A stretch of DNA of 32,000 nt from contig CP091279.1 in the NCBI GenBank assembly GCA_021650915.1, positions 900,001 through 932,000 on the forward strand, read 5' to 3'. This document shows, piece by piece, positions 21,173 to 31,993 of this stretch (the first letter of the stretch is position 1; the number at the start of each line of letters is the position of its first letter). The DNA is from Candidatus Brocadia sp. Its GTDB lineage: Bacteria > Planctomycetota > Brocadiia > Brocadiales > Brocadiaceae. A program made the position numbers and the translations under genes. The notes under the pieces were generated by a model that was given only the letters and a program-made list of their open reading frames with translations, was not told the origin of the DNA and did not search any database.

Positions 21173-22555
21173 ATTCATAAAAAAAAGGTCTTTGTGCTGG
21201 GTCTGGACTCTGTCCCTCCGGAACTTCTTTTCGATCGTTGGCTGGATCAGTTGCCAAATATCCAGCGCCTGATTGCACACGGGAGGTATGGTGCAATGAA
21301 AAGCACGATCCCTGCCATTACCTGTCCCGCCTGGATGTCCATGATGACAAGCGCTAATCCCGGCAGGCTGGGGATCTATGGATTCAGAAACCGGTTGCGT
21401 CATGATTATGAAGGGTTATCCTTTGCAAATTCGAAGTCCGTTCATGTGGATACCGTGTGGAATATCCTGTCGCGACTGGGAAAAAAGGTTGTCGTAATTG
21501 GGGTGCCCCTGACCTATCCACCACAACCGGTCAATGGATGTATGATCACCTGCTTTTTGACGCCTGATACGAAAGGAGAGTATACCTACCCTCCCGGACT
21601 GAAAGCCGAGGTAGAGGCCATTTCCCAGGGCTACATCCTTGATGCTGCGGAATTCAGGAGCGACAACAAGGAATCCATCCTGAAAGATATCTATGCCATG
21701 ACAGAAAAGCGGTTCAGGCTCACGCGGCATTTTCTCCGTTCGAAGGAATGGGATTTCTTTATGGTAGTTGAAATGGGGCCGGACAGGATCCATCATGCCT
21801 TCTGGAAATATTTTGATCACGACCATCCCAGGCATATGCCGGGCTCACCGTATCAGAATGCGATCCTGGATTACTATAAATATCTCGATGAGGAGATCGG
21901 TGAGACGGTGAAGCTTTTCACGGATGACACCATGACCCTTATTGTGTCCGATCACGGCGCCAAGAAGATGATGGGCGGCATTTGCATCAACGAGTGGCTT
22001 ATCCAGAACGGCTACCTCAAATTGGTGCGTTATCCCGCAGGGTCTACCCCTTTCAATAAAACCATCGTCGATTGGGACAATACCAGGGTCTGGGGAGAAG
22101 GCGGCTATTATGGACGGCTGTTTATGAATGTAAGGGGTCGTGAACCTAAAGGAGTCATTGCGCCCCAGCACTATGAGCACGTGAGGAATGAACTGATTAA
22201 AAAGCTGGAAGATTTACGGGATGAAAAGGGGAACACCATCAATACAAAGGTCTTTAAACCGGAGGAAATCTATACCGCATGCAACGGCATACCGCCGGAT
22301 TTACTTGTCTACTATGGAGACCTCTTCTGGCGTTCGATCGGCAACGTTGGGAACAGGTCGATCTGGGCAAGTGAAAACGATACCGGACCTGATGATGCAA
22401 ATCACTCCCAGTATGGCATTTTTATCATGCAAAATGGCAAAGAGCCTGGCGGAGTCCGGCTTCAGGGCGTTACCTTGTATGACATTGCCCCGACGATCTT
22501 AAACTACCTGGGTGTCAGGGTTCCCGAAGACATGGAAGGAAAGGTTATTCCGTAA
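21167..22555 (+). CDS. Alkaline-phosphatase-superfamily protein (type I phosphodiesterase / nucleotide pyrophosphatase family)
   Basis: N-terminus MIIHKKKVFVLGLDSVPPELL..STIPAITCPAWMSMMTSANPGRLGIYGF, then ..VSDHGA.. The metal-binding and nucleophile context is typical of the family. The track ORF starts upstream inside a repeat. Confidence 0.7.
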   Translation: MIIHKKKVFVLGLDSVPPELLFDRWLDQLPNIQRLIAHGRYGAMKSTIPAITCPAWMSMMTSANPGRLGIYGFRNRLRHDYEGLSFANSKSVHVDTVWNILSRLGKKVVVIGVPLTYPPQPVNGCMITCFLTPDTKGEYTYPPGLKAEVEAISQGYILDAAEFRSDNKESILKDIYAMTEKRFRLTRHFLRSKEWDFFMVVEMGPDRIHHAFWKYFDHDHPRHMPGSPYQNAILDYYKYLDEEIGETVKLFTDDTMTLIVSDHGAKKMMGGICINEWLIQNGYLKLVRYPAGSTPFNKTIVDWDNTRVWGEGGYYGRLFMNVRGREPKGVIAPQHYEHVRNELIKKLEDLRDEKGNTINTKVFKPEEIYTACNGIPPDLLVYYGDLFWRSIGNVGNRSIWASENDTGPDDANHSQYGIFIMQNGKEPGGVRLQGVTLYDIAPTILNYLGVRVPEDMEGKVIP

Positions 22556-22595
22556 CGGATATTTCGGACCAAAGATATTTCATGAGGATACCAAA

Positions 22596-23190
22596 ATGAA
22601 CTAAGATTTTACCATTTGGCTAACGGGTTTATCAGGCGCAGGGAAATCGACCCTCTCCCGGCTTCTGCAAGAAAAGCTCAGGGAATATGGACGGAGCGCT
22701 AAAATCCTTGACAAAGACACGGTCAACACCAACCTCTGCCAGGGGCTAGGTTTTACGAAAGATGATCACGATGTCAGCGTCTGAAGAATTACGTTTGTCG
22801 GTAAATTACTGTCAAGGAATGACGTGGCCGTCCTTGCTCCCACTCTTTCCCCTTACCGTAAAGCCAGAGAAACGGCGCAGAAGGAGGTAGAAAATCTTGT
22901 TGAAGTATACAGGAGATATGCGTGGAACGGAAAGTGGAAGGGTTAACCGGGAGGGCGCTAAAAGGTGATATAGAGAAATTTGAAGGGATTTCAGATCCTT
23001 ACGAAGAACCGCTCAGTCCTGAGGTGATGGCAGGAACTGACCGAGAAACTGAGGAAGAATCGGTAAACATGATTGCAAAAAACTACTAGAGTTTGGTTGC
23101 CTGAGTCAAACAGGATTAGCCGGACACGTCTATTCATTGGAAGAAGAAGCGATGATCGAGGAACGGTTGTCACGGGTGGAATATCTGTGG
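22596..23190 (+). pseudogene. cysC: Adenylyl-sulfate (APS) kinase pseudogene
   Basis: MN*DFTIWLTGLSGAGKSTLSRLL..LDKDTV..LGFTKDDHDVSV*RITFVGKLL..ISPY-like LSPYRKAR. After a frameshift near 22905: QEICVERKVEGLTGRALKGDIEKFEGISDPYEEP. A second shift lies at the A-run near 23075-23081. Stops at 22602 (TAA) and 22782 (TGA). Confidence 0.8.
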
Positions 23191-23468
23191 CAAGCACAGG
23201 AACGAAGCATTTGCAAGTCTGAATCGGAATATCAGGAGGCGATCCTTTGCTGGTTCAATCGTCCGCGATTGAACCAGGATGTTTGACGCTCTTCATGACC
23301 GGTGCTTTTTTATAACGTACGGTACAGTGCAAAGCGTCTGGTTCAAACTGCAAGTTTGAGCCAGCAGGGGGAATCTCATACTTTGAAATCCCTCTACATC
23401 AAGATTGCACCCGCTGGGGGGGGCATGTGCATACCTCAGTTTGAAATTTCCTGAGCGAGGTGTAGCCA

Positions 23469-24140
23469 TTATTTTGTTGCTTTCTTTTTTGCATAGGCGT
23501 CTTCCACCACCTTTTTCGTCTTTGCTGCAAGTTTAGTGATAAGCTTGTCCAGCTTCCGGTTCAGAATAGGGCTTGCAGCCCTCGCAATCAGACCGAGAAA
23601 GGCATTGTCGAATTTCATGGAGACAGACGTCTGTACCTCTTCATAGTAACCGGTCGTGTCATTTTGTGTTGTGTAATCAACCTTTAACACAATAACGCCT
23701 GAAAAGTTAAAAAAGATCGTGGCGTTGCCATGTCCCAGATAGACTGCGGTTTGTGGCTGCCATTCCACCAATTCGAATTCACCGGTGACGTGTTTCAACG
23801 GCATATGTATGCCATAGCGTCTGTTTCCTCTGTCCTCAAGGATCAGCTCTTTCTTTTTAAATGCGCCCCCGTGTTTGGCAAGTTCTTCGACGTGCTCAAT
23901 AAAATATTCCAGGGTTTCCCTGTCGGTGCGTATGGCGATGGGCTTCTGGATCCTGGTAATTGTGCTGTTATCAATAATGTCTTGTACCCGGTTGTTTTGC
24001 ACGGGCGCAGGGTACAAAGGACTGATAAGTGACGTGCAGATGAGTAGTGCCAGGATGGCTATTGAAAGGCCGGCGATTTGTACCGCCGATCGTACATAAC
24101 AAAGCGCCTGCCGCCTGGTAAGTATGAAATTATCAACCAT
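23469..24140 (-). CDS. Hypothetical membrane-anchored protein (223 aa)
   Basis: ORF-track frame. The N-terminal hydrophobic segment IAGLSIAILALLICTSLI looks like a signal anchor. No family recognised. Confidence 0.55.
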   Translation of the reverse strand: MVDNFILTRRQALCYVRSAVQIAGLSIAILALLICTSLISPLYPAPVQNNRVQDIIDNSTITRIQKPIAIRTDRETLEYFIEHVEELAKHGGAFKKKELILEDRGNRRYGIHMPLKHVTGEFELVEWQPQTAVYLGHGNATIFFNFSGVIVLKVDYTTQNDTTGYYEEVQTSVSMKFDNAFLGLIARAASPILNRKLDKLITKLAAKTKKVVEDAYAKKKATK

Positions 24141-24218
24141 GAAGGAGGTATCGCAGTATTTTGAATAAGCATTTTCGCAGATGAGATTCCTTTGTACTTT
24201 GAAGGAACAAGGTATTGC

Positions 24219-25337
24219 TCAAACGATTTTTTCCTTTTCAATCGTCTGAAATTCCTCAAGTAACTCCCGCTGCCTCTTTGTTAAATTTTTCGGGGTGCGC
24301 ACAATAACACGCACATACTGGTCGCCATGTCCGCGGATCTTTATATGGGGCATGCCGCTCCCCCTCAGCCGGAAGAGGGTATCGGTCTGCGTGCCTGGAG
24401 GAATCTTCATTACGGCATTTCCATCCAGTGTCGGCACATCAACCTTCGAACCCAGCGCAGCCTCAGCGAGCGTAATGGTCTTCTCCAGGTAAACATCGCT
24501 TCCCTGCCGGTGAAAAAGCGGGTGTGGCTGTACGGAAATCATCACATAAACGTCCTCGGTCAACTTCCCGGCAACCTTATCAGCGGTTACCCGTAAGGTT
24601 GTCCCGTTATCAACCCCTGGAGGTATCTTGACGTTGATCTTGTCCAGTCTTTGTATCTCACCGCTTCCATGACAGCTCACGCAGGGATGTTCAATGATTT
24701 TACCGCGCCCCCCGCAGACCGGACAGGCGCCGATCTTGATAATCCTGCCAAATCCCTGCAATTGCTCCTGTTGTATCTCGCCCTTTCCGTTGCAATTTGT
24801 GCATGTTTTGGGCGCCGAACCTTTCGTTGCGCCAGACCCGCTGCACTCTGTACACACCGCCATATGAGGAATAGCCACCTCCGTGCTGACACCCCGGTAT
24901 GCCTGCTCGAGGGTAACTTCAACCTGCAACCGTTTCACATGCGCTTCCGGCTGTCCGAAGCCGCCCCATCTGCGTGTGCCGAAAAAGTCCTGGAAAATAC
25001 TCCCGCGGCCAAAGAAGTCTGAAAAGATATCATGTCCAAAAATATCTTCCAGATCGCTGACATGGCTGAAATCACGCCAGGTGAATCCGCCCTTGCTAAA
25101 ATCAGATGCGACCCCCGCATGGCCATACTGATCGTATCTGGCCCTCTTATTGTCATCGATCAGTACCTCGTATGCCTCAGATATCTCTTTAAATTTTTCT
25201 TCAGCCAGTTTTGGATTATCCTTATTCAGGTCGGGATGAAATTTCTTTGCCAGGGTGCGATATGCGGATTTTATCTCATCTTTCGAAGCGGTCCTGACTA
25301 TCCCCAGGAGTTCATAATAGTCTCTTTTATCAGCCAT
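24219..25337 (-). CDS. dnaJ: Molecular chaperone DnaJ
   Basis: J domain: [32 protein letters not shown]-rich linker. Four CxxCxGxG zinc motifs: [32 protein letters not shown]. Start taken at MADKRDYY (25337). Confidence 0.93.
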   Translation of the reverse strand: MADKRDYYELLGIVRTASKDEIKSAYRTLAKKFHPDLNKDNPKLAEEKFKEISEAYEVLIDDNKRARYDQYGHAGVASDFSKGGFTWRDFSHVSDLEDIFGHDIFSDFFGRGSIFQDFFGTRRWGGFGQPEAHVKRLQVEVTLEQAYRGVSTEVAIPHMAVCTECSGSGATKGSAPKTCTNCNGKGEIQQEQLQGFGRIIKIGACPVCGGRGKIIEHPCVSCHGSGEIQRLDKINVKIPPGVDNGTTLRVTADKVAGKLTEDVYVMISVQPHPLFHRQGSDVYLEKTITLAEAALGSKVDVPTLDGNAVMKIPPGTQTDTLFRLRGSGMPHIKIRGHGDQYVRVIVRTPKNLTKRQRELLEEFQTIEKEKIV

Positions 25338-25715
25338 GCCGTCTATCTTACGTTCATTTATACCTTTATTCAATAAAAAAGGTTTCGTATCTTCCCAACC
25401 AGAACGGGTTGAAAAGATGAGTCAACCCCGACAGGACTGGTCCATGAATTTCATGCTTTAGGATTTTTTCTTTTCCGGCATGTTCCGGTGAAGATACGAC
25501 GTGGTTACTGATTGAATCAGGCCTTCGGCAACTTTTATTATAAGGTTAAACCCACCCCAGAATCCCTTCCCAGGAGGGGACTTCTTTTGTCCTCTCTTGA
25601 GAGGGGTTGGGGGTGTGTATGGCAGGAGCAGAAAGATTGAAATCCTGTGCATCAGGATAGCGCTATGGCGGGTTATCTGATGTTTGCAGAGATACCGAAA
25701 GGGGAAACTGATATG

Positions 25716-26864
25716 CTATATCTTTTCGTTTGCAATTTTCATGAGTGCTGTTATGAGTTGGTCTATGTCGTCCTCTGTATTGAAACATCCCGGGCTTATC
25801 CGCACGGCGCCATCGGGAAAGGTCCCTATCATTTGGTGGGCGAAAGGTGCACAATGAAGGCCAGGGCGCACCGCAATCTGAAAGGATTGGTCGAGAATTG
25901 CTCCAATCTCCTGTGGTTTAAATCCTTTCACATTCATTGACAGAATACCGACCTTTTTCGTTATATCCGTCGTTCCATACAAGACGAATCGCTGATCATG
26001 CTGAATGGCCTGGATAATCTTGTTGGTCAAATGCTGTTCATGCGCCCTGATCGTGGCTATCCCTTTTGACACCACATATTCAATACCCGCCCTCAGTCCG
26101 GCAATGCCAACCGTATTGGGTGTGCCACTCTCCAGCCTGAAGGGCAATTCTTCCGGCTGAGATAGTGACGCTGCTTCAAAACCTGTCCCCCCTTCCCGCC
26201 ATGGCTCTAGCGTCAGCCGGTCGCCCACATACAATCCCCCTGTTCCTGTCGGTCCTAACGGGCCTTTGTGGCCGGTAAATGCAAGCATATCAATACCGCA
26301 TTCATGAACGTCAATTTCACATACCCCTGCCGTCTGAGCGGCATCGACCATGAACATGATGTTATTTTCCCGCGCTATCCTGCCGATCTCCCGGATTGGC
26401 TGTATTGTCCCAAGGACATTTGGAGCATGCGTCATGACAATCAATCGGGTTTTGGAGGTAATGGCATTTCTGATATCCACCGGGTCAACAAAACCTTCCT
26501 GAGAATTTTTTACCTTGGTTACCGTAATTCCGGCTCTCTTCTCAAGCCCATGAAGGGCACGAGACACGGCATTATGTTCGAGAAAGGTCGTAATCGCATG
26601 ATCACCCGGCTTCAGGAACCCCTTGATCCCCATGTTAATTGCATCCGTTGCGTTAAAGGTAAGAATAAGCCGCCGGGGATCCTGAATACCAAAGAGCTGC
26701 GCAACGGTTGCGCGCGCATCTTCAACTTCTTTCTCGGCAGCCATCGCCATCCTGTGTCCTGAACGACCAGGGTTGGCGCCCTGCGTCCGGTAAAAAGTAT
26801 CCATGGTCTTATAAACAATTTCTGGCTTTGGATACGTTGTCGCTGCATTATCTAAATAGATCAT
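25716..26864 (-). CDS. Class-V aminotransferase / cysteine desulfurase family protein
   Basis: MIYLDNAATTYPKP..; HNAV; the PLP-lysine context AFTGHKGPLGPTGTGGLYV; C-terminal RPGLHCAP. Confidence 0.85.
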   Translation of the reverse strand: MIYLDNAATTYPKPEIVYKTMDTFYRTQGANPGRSGHRMAMAAEKEVEDARATVAQLFGIQDPRRLILTFNATDAINMGIKGFLKPGDHAITTFLEHNAVSRALHGLEKRAGITVTKVKNSQEGFVDPVDIRNAITSKTRLIVMTHAPNVLGTIQPIREIGRIARENNIMFMVDAAQTAGVCEIDVHECGIDMLAFTGHKGPLGPTGTGGLYVGDRLTLEPWREGGTGFEAASLSQPEELPFRLESGTPNTVGIAGLRAGIEYVVSKGIATIRAHEQHLTNKIIQAIQHDQRFVLYGTTDITKKVGILSMNVKGFKPQEIGAILDQSFQIAVRPGLHCAPFAHQMIGTFPDGAVRISPGCFNTEDDIDQLITALMKIANEKI

Positions 26865-26915
26865 GTTGTATGAGCCGTCCTTATCTGAATTTTTATCATT
26901 TACGCTAATGTTCCC

Positions 26916-28034
26916 CTAGTCTTTATGCTTCCGCAGATACTCAGCCACCTTATCTCCCATGCCGGACGTGGAGAGTATTTTGTCCTTTGGCGTACTCGCG
27001 CTTGCAATATCACCCGTTCGATATCCATCCTCTAATACAGCCAGAATGACTTTTTCAACGGCATCTGATTCTTTGGTAAGACCGAAGGCGTATTTTAGCA
27101 TCATGGCCCCGGATAATATTTGGGCTAAGGGATTGGCCTTGCCTTGTCCTGCAATATCCGGCGCTGAGCCGTGAATCGGCTCGAAAAGGCCAAAACCCGT
27201 CTCTGAGAGGCTGGCGCTGGGAAGCATCCCGATGGAACCGGTAATGGCCGATGCCAGGTCAGAGAGGATATCCCCGAACATATTCTCGGTAACGATCACA
27301 TCAAATTGTTTCGGATTCGTTGCCAGTTGCATGGCCGCATTGTCCACGTACATATGATTGAGTTGTATCTGCGGATAATTCTTCTGAACATAATCGACAA
27401 CAACTTTCCGCCAGAGTTTTGAGCTTTCCAGGACGTTTGCCTTATCAACAGAGGTCAGCCGTTTGTTTCGTTTCATGGCCGCCTCGCAGGCTACCTTGGT
27501 GATCCGCTGAATTTCCGGGACAGAATAGAGCATATAGTCCACGGCGTAATCTCCTTGCACGGCTCCTTCCTTCAGGGTAAGCGTCTTGATCTTGTTCCTG
27601 CCGAAATATACCCCCCCCGTCAGTTCCCGCACGATGAGGATATCCAACCCCCCTTTCAGACGTTCCGACTTCAGGGACGCCGCGTCTGCCAACGGGCCAA
27701 AGATCACTGCCGGCCGCAGATTTGCAAACAAACCGTAGATAGCCCTCAGGGGCAGCAACGCCCCCCGTTCCGGGGTTAATTCCGCGGGCAGATTCTCCCA
27801 TTTCGGCCCCCCAACAGCGCCGAAGTAGACGGCGTCAGAAGCAGTGCAAATCTTTTTCGTTTCATCGGGTAAGGGATGACCATAGGCATCATACGCGCAC
27901 CCCCCCACGAGTGCCTCTTTATATTCAAAGGCATGGCCAAATTTCTTCGCAACGGCATCCAATACCTTCCGCCCCTCTTTCATTATTTCCGGCCCAATCC
28001 CGTCCCCTGCCAGTATTGCAATGCATTTTTTCAT
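26916..28034 (-). CDS. leuB: 3-isopropylmalate dehydrogenase
   Basis: [70 protein letters not shown]. Confidence 0.93.
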   Translation of the reverse strand: MKKCIAILAGDGIGPEIMKEGRKVLDAVAKKFGHAFEYKEALVGGCAYDAYGHPLPDETKKICTASDAVYFGAVGGPKWENLPAELTPERGALLPLRAIYGLFANLRPAVIFGPLADAASLKSERLKGGLDILIVRELTGGVYFGRNKIKTLTLKEGAVQGDYAVDYMLYSVPEIQRITKVACEAAMKRNKRLTSVDKANVLESSKLWRKVVVDYVQKNYPQIQLNHMYVDNAAMQLATNPKQFDVIVTENMFGDILSDLASAITGSIGMLPSASLSETGFGLFEPIHGSAPDIAGQGKANPLAQILSGAMMLKYAFGLTKESDAVEKVILAVLEDGYRTGDIASASTPKDKILSTSGMGDKVAEYLRKHKD

Positions 28035-28068
28035 CTCTTCATCTCCGTATCCTTGAGATTATTCATTA

Positions 28069-29535
28069 TTAAAAAAATTTATTCATCTCGGCAAATTTCT
28101 TCATGTCACTGTTAAAGATATCGCGCTCTTTCCTTCCCCAGGAGGTAATAAAATTTTTCATCCGGTAATACGGTCTTAATACCAGCACCCGGAGGAGATT
28201 TACCATGGCAAAATTTGCCTTGAAGACTGGTGTTGTTTTAAAAAACGTGGAGTATTTCCGCTTGTATTTCCACCGTAAGAACTGTAAATCTTCCGATGAG
28301 AGGTGCTTCGTTTTTACATTTGCCCAAAAGCCGTTGTATTTGCGGTAATCAATGGCATTGGTAACGAGCCCTTCATTCATCAAAATATCTCTCATACCGG
28401 TTTTCGGATACGGGGTGATAATCTGTTCGCCGAAAAAATCGATATTGGCCTTGTCGAAGAATTCATAATTCTGCGCAATATCTTCTTCCTTATCTTCTGC
28501 ATGGCCGAGAATCATGCCTCCCACAATCAGCAAATTATTATTGTGCAGGTATTCAATCGCCCGCTTTGTCTTTTCCAGCATGTTTCCTTTATTCATGAGT
28601 TTCAAATTCCGTTCGGACACGTTTTCAATTCCCAGGAACACGATCTGGATGCCGGCACGCGCCATTTTTTGGGCTAATACGGGTGATGATGCAATGCCTG
28701 CCGTACTTGCCTGCACAATATACCGCAGGTCATTATGGCCAGCCTCCACGATTGCGTCACACAGGGATTCGAACCGCTTTACATTAAGCGTAATGTTATC
28801 GTCTGAAAAGGTGATGTATCGCGCCCCATGCTTCTTTGCATTCGTCAGGTCTTGCATTATTCTCTCAAAGCTGTACGTCCGGAAGGTGCGTCCATACATG
28901 CGGTTCATACTGCAGAAATTACACGTCATTGTGCACCCGCGGGACGTCTCAACCATGTCAAGTTTTTTCCCCGAAAAATAATACCCGCTCCAGATGCGTA
29001 CGTCTCTTCGCGGAAGCCGTAAGGTATCAAGATTTTCCAGGGACCTCGGGGTATTATGCAGAAAGCCACCCTGGCGCCGATAGGACAGGCCTGGAATGTC
29101 CTTCCATTCCCGATTCCCTTCCGCGGCATCCAGGATGTCGCGAAAGGTTTCCTCACCCTCTCCGCGGACGATATAATCGAAAGGATCACCGTCACCAGAA
29201 GAGGCGATTTCTTCATACATAAGGGTGGCATGGTACCCCCCAAGGGCTATTTTTATATCCTTGCGCAGGGTTTTGATAAATACTGCAAGCCTTCGCGCCG
29301 TGTCAAACTGAAAGGTCATGGCGCTCAACCCTACCATATCCGGTCGATAATCTTCGATAATTTTTTTCACGGAAGGCAATAAATTATTTCTTCTGAGCAC
29401 CAGATCGGCGAGCGCTACCTCATGATGCGGCTGAATATTCCCCGCAAGAGAAGAGATAGCAAGATTGGGCGCCCGCCATGTTTTCGCGGAAAACTGGGGA
29501 ACGGTGTCAGGCATGGAACACAATAAAATTCTCAT
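28069..29535 (-). CDS. B12-binding-domain radical SAM protein (class B)
   Basis: N-terminal cobalamin-binding-like domain: MRILLCSMPD..VGLSAMT. Radical-SAM cluster motif: SRGCTMTCNFCSM (CxxxCxxC). 488 aa. Confidence 0.8.
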   Translation of the reverse strand: MRILLCSMPDTVPQFSAKTWRAPNLAISSLAGNIQPHHEVALADLVLRRNNLLPSVKKIIEDYRPDMVGLSAMTFQFDTARRLAVFIKTLRKDIKIALGGYHATLMYEEIASSGDGDPFDYIVRGEGEETFRDILDAAEGNREWKDIPGLSYRRQGGFLHNTPRSLENLDTLRLPRRDVRIWSGYYFSGKKLDMVETSRGCTMTCNFCSMNRMYGRTFRTYSFERIMQDLTNAKKHGARYITFSDDNITLNVKRFESLCDAIVEAGHNDLRYIVQASTAGIASSPVLAQKMARAGIQIVFLGIENVSERNLKLMNKGNMLEKTKRAIEYLHNNNLLIVGGMILGHAEDKEEDIAQNYEFFDKANIDFFGEQIITPYPKTGMRDILMNEGLVTNAIDYRKYNGFWANVKTKHLSSEDLQFLRWKYKRKYSTFFKTTPVFKANFAMVNLLRVLVLRPYYRMKNFITSWGRKERDIFNSDMKKFAEMNKFF

Positions 29536-29765
29536 TCTGTTATATCAACCTCATCATGAAAAAATAAAGAATTACACGAAATATCCATCATAAAACGGGA
29601 GTTACATCAGGAGAAGACACGAAATAAAAAGGCAATCTCTCGTAAACACAAAAAACAAATTAATATAGGCAACCCTAAAGGGTCGCCCTACGAGAAACAG
29701 GTCACCTTATTTGTAACGCTTACACTATTTAATTAAGCCTTCGGCGACTTTGTTTGCGATCACAC

Positions 29766-29840
29766 GTAGGGGCGAAGCATTTGCTGTCCAGGATATAAGA
29801 TGACATTCAAATCTGATATCAGCAAATGCTTCGCCCCTAC
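29766..29840. repeat. Hairpin element with 21-bp perfect arms (GTAGGGGCGAAGCATTTGC family)
   Basis: GTAGGGGCGAAGCATTTGCTG (29766-29786) and its exact reverse complement (29820-29840), with a 33-nt spacer. The arms match 3220-3240 at 19 of 21 positions, but the spacers are unrelated. Confidence 0.85.
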
Positions 29841-29957
29841 AACAAACATTGAAATTCCTATACATTTAATCAGGTCTTCGGCGACTTTATTGCAATTACA
29901 CGTTTTTTTCAACAAAATTCCCCCCCCCTTCACCCCCGCCAGCGGGGGACAGTCGTT

Positions 29958-29989
29958 GTCCCCCTCACTGAGGGGGATTAAGGGGGAGG
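29958..29989. repeat. G/C-hairpin repeat element, intergenic copy
   Basis: GTCCCCCT-CACTG-AGGGGGATTAAGGGGGAGG. It is preceded by a second hairpin, CCCCCGC-CA-GCGGGGG. Confidence 0.75.
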
Positions 29990-30025
29990 TAAAATTTTGA
30001 AATTTCTATACCACCGTACTGCATT

Positions 30026-31993
30026 TCACACTTCAAGCAATCCCACCCTTTTTGCCGTTATGCCGATCTTTTCTATAAAGGCATTGAAACGAAACGGTTT
30101 TGTAATCACGGGCACATGACTTTTTTCCATAAACGTCCTGTATTCGGGCGACAAGGTATCCCCTGTCATCAGAATTATTTTATCCCTTATCACGGGTAAA
30201 TAACTTACCATCCAGTCATAGAACTGAATTCCGGACATTTCGCCAGGCATTTTAAAATCCATAACAACGATATCAAACCGATCTTCCTGAATGGCCTGCA
30301 TCGCATCTTTGATCGTGAATGCCGTGGTTACCTGGCAACCTTTCGCCGTCAGCAATTCATGACAGGACTCTGCAATTCCGACCTCGTCTTCTACCAGCAA
30401 TAAACGTAATCCTTTTAAATCATAGTCTTTTCTGACCGGGAATTTCACTTCCTTGTCCGTTTGCGCCTTGATCGGAAGGGTGACCGTAAAAATAGCGCCT
30501 TTTTGACTGTTCTTTCCGACAATCATTCCGCCATGCTCCTTGATAATGCCATAGCTGACTGCCAAACCCAAACCCGTTCCTTTACCAACCTCTTTCGTTG
30601 TGTAAAAGGGGGTGAAGAGCTTTTCCGGCTCAAGGATACCAGGCCCAGTATCCTCAAACTCAGCCACAATCTTGTCGTTTTTTTGAAACGTACGGATTGT
30701 CAGAACGCCTCTTCCCTGCGCGGCCTTCATGGAATCATAGGCATTATTAATAAGATTGATAAAGACCTGCATAAGCTGTACCCGATCAGCCATGGTGTTT
30801 GGCAAGGCTGGGAAAAACGATTGCTCTACTTCAATATTATTGACCCTGAGGTCATTAATTTTTAATTCAAGGGCATCCTTCACAACGTCATTGATGCAAA
30901 CATACTGCCCGCTTCTCACGTTTTTCCGCTTTGTGGCAAAGGTGAGGAGGTTTTCCACAATACGGGTGCAGCGCTGGGATGCATCAATAATATGACGCAG
31001 CCGGTTCGTTGCGCTCTTTGACAAATTGTCACACAGCAACATAAGTTCACTAAAGTTCAAAATAATCGACAACGGATTATTCAGTTCATGGGCAACCCCG
31101 GAAATCATCGTTCCCACGCTGCTCATCTTTTCTGCCTGAATAAGTTGTTCCTTCAATATCTTTTGCTCGGTAATATCGTAACCAAATAAATTGATATTCA
31201 AGATCGTATTCCACTCGTCTCTCAGATAGGTTACGATCCATAAGATATCCCGAACCTGCTGATTCCGGGAAGAAAAAGGTATTTCGATCTGCTCTCCTTT
31301 CTTTCCGCTCAGGAGCAACTGGATATCGTCAAATAACTCTTCTACCTTATCCTGAGGAATAAAAATATCAACCACCGGTTTGCCAAATATCTCAGGCAGC
31401 GTGAAGCCAAACCTCTTTTCGATAGCGCGATTTACAAAGACAATCTCCCCTTTCGAAGTTATGGTAACAACGTAGACATTCGTGTTTTGTATCAGGGCGT
31501 CGAGAAACTTCCTCTGATTGTACATCTCTTTCTCCGTTTCGCTCAACTTCAGCGTTTTTTCTTTTAACAATCCCTTCAGGCGCCCCTGATATTCATATAT
31601 CCTTTTTTCCAATGTCCTTCTCTCGGTTACATCACGGACAAATGCCCTTACCATGTAGTCGTTTAAGATACTATCATATTGTATGGAACACATAATTTCT
31701 GCATCTATCCGCTTGCCGCCCTTCGATAGTAAAGTCACGACCAAATTGTTGTCCATCCGCGAGTTCACCGAGGTATCATACTGTTTCTTAATCACGGATC
31801 CGTTCTCGTCGGCAACAAGATCAAACAGATACATCGCGGTCATTTCCTTTGCGCTGTATCCAAGCGCCTCCAATCCCAATTTGTTCACATGGAGAAACCG
31901 CCCCTGACTATTCAGTTTAAAAATGATCTCAGGCGCATTCTCAACCATGTCCCGGTACTTCTCCTCCGATGCAGTAAGGCTGTCCACGAGCAT
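30026..31993 (-). CDS. PAS-domain hybrid sensor histidine kinase with C-terminal receiver
   Basis: PAS-like repeats. H-box GVAHELNNPL; N-box NLINNAYDSM; G-boxes DTGPGI and GTGLGLAVSYG. Receiver: LLLVEDE..VVMDFKMPG. No in-frame stop lies between 31993 and the window edge, so the N-terminus may extend beyond the window. Confidence 0.85.
   Translation of the reverse strand: MLVDSLTASEEKYRDMVENAPEIIFKLNSQGRFLHVNKLGLEALGYSAKEMTAMYLFDLVADENGSVIKKQYDTSVNSRMDNNLVVTLLSKGGKRIDAEIMCSIQYDSILNDYMVRAFVRDVTERRTLEKRIYEYQGRLKGLLKEKTLKLSETEKEMYNQRKFLDALIQNTNVYVVTITSKGEIVFVNRAIEKRFGFTLPEIFGKPVVDIFIPQDKVEELFDDIQLLLSGKKGEQIEIPFSSRNQQVRDILWIVTYLRDEWNTILNINLFGYDITEQKILKEQLIQAEKMSSVGTMISGVAHELNNPLSIILNFSELMLLCDNLSKSATNRLRHIIDASQRCTRIVENLLTFATKRKNVRSGQYVCINDVVKDALELKINDLRVNNIEVEQSFFPALPNTMADRVQLMQVFINLINNAYDSMKAAQGRGVLTIRTFQKNDKIVAEFEDTGPGILEPEKLFTPFYTTKEVGKGTGLGLAVSYGIIKEHGGMIVGKNSQKGAIFTVTLPIKAQTDKEVKFPVRKDYDLKGLRLLLVEDEVGIAESCHELLTAKGCQVTTAFTIKDAMQAIQEDRFDIVVMDFKMPGEMSGIQFYDWMVSYLPVIRDKIILMTGDTLSPEYRTFMEKSHVPVITKPFRFNAFIEKIGITAKRVGLLEV

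Noticed and set aside
21029-21403. 124-aa minus-strand ORF overlapping the phosphodiesterase start
   Set aside because: It is antisense to a well-supported gene. Its AAQPQP-containing segments are translated copies of the GGTTGCGGCTGTG repeat.
22991-23197. 68-aa minus-strand ORF
   Set aside because: It is antisense to the readable C-terminal blocks of the cysC pseudogene.
25458-25652. 64-aa minus-strand ORF between dnaJ and the cysteine desulfurase
   Set aside because: It is built from the degenerate G/C-hairpin and CTTCGGC repeats (peptide PTPLKRGQKKSPPGKGFWGG) and has no RBS.
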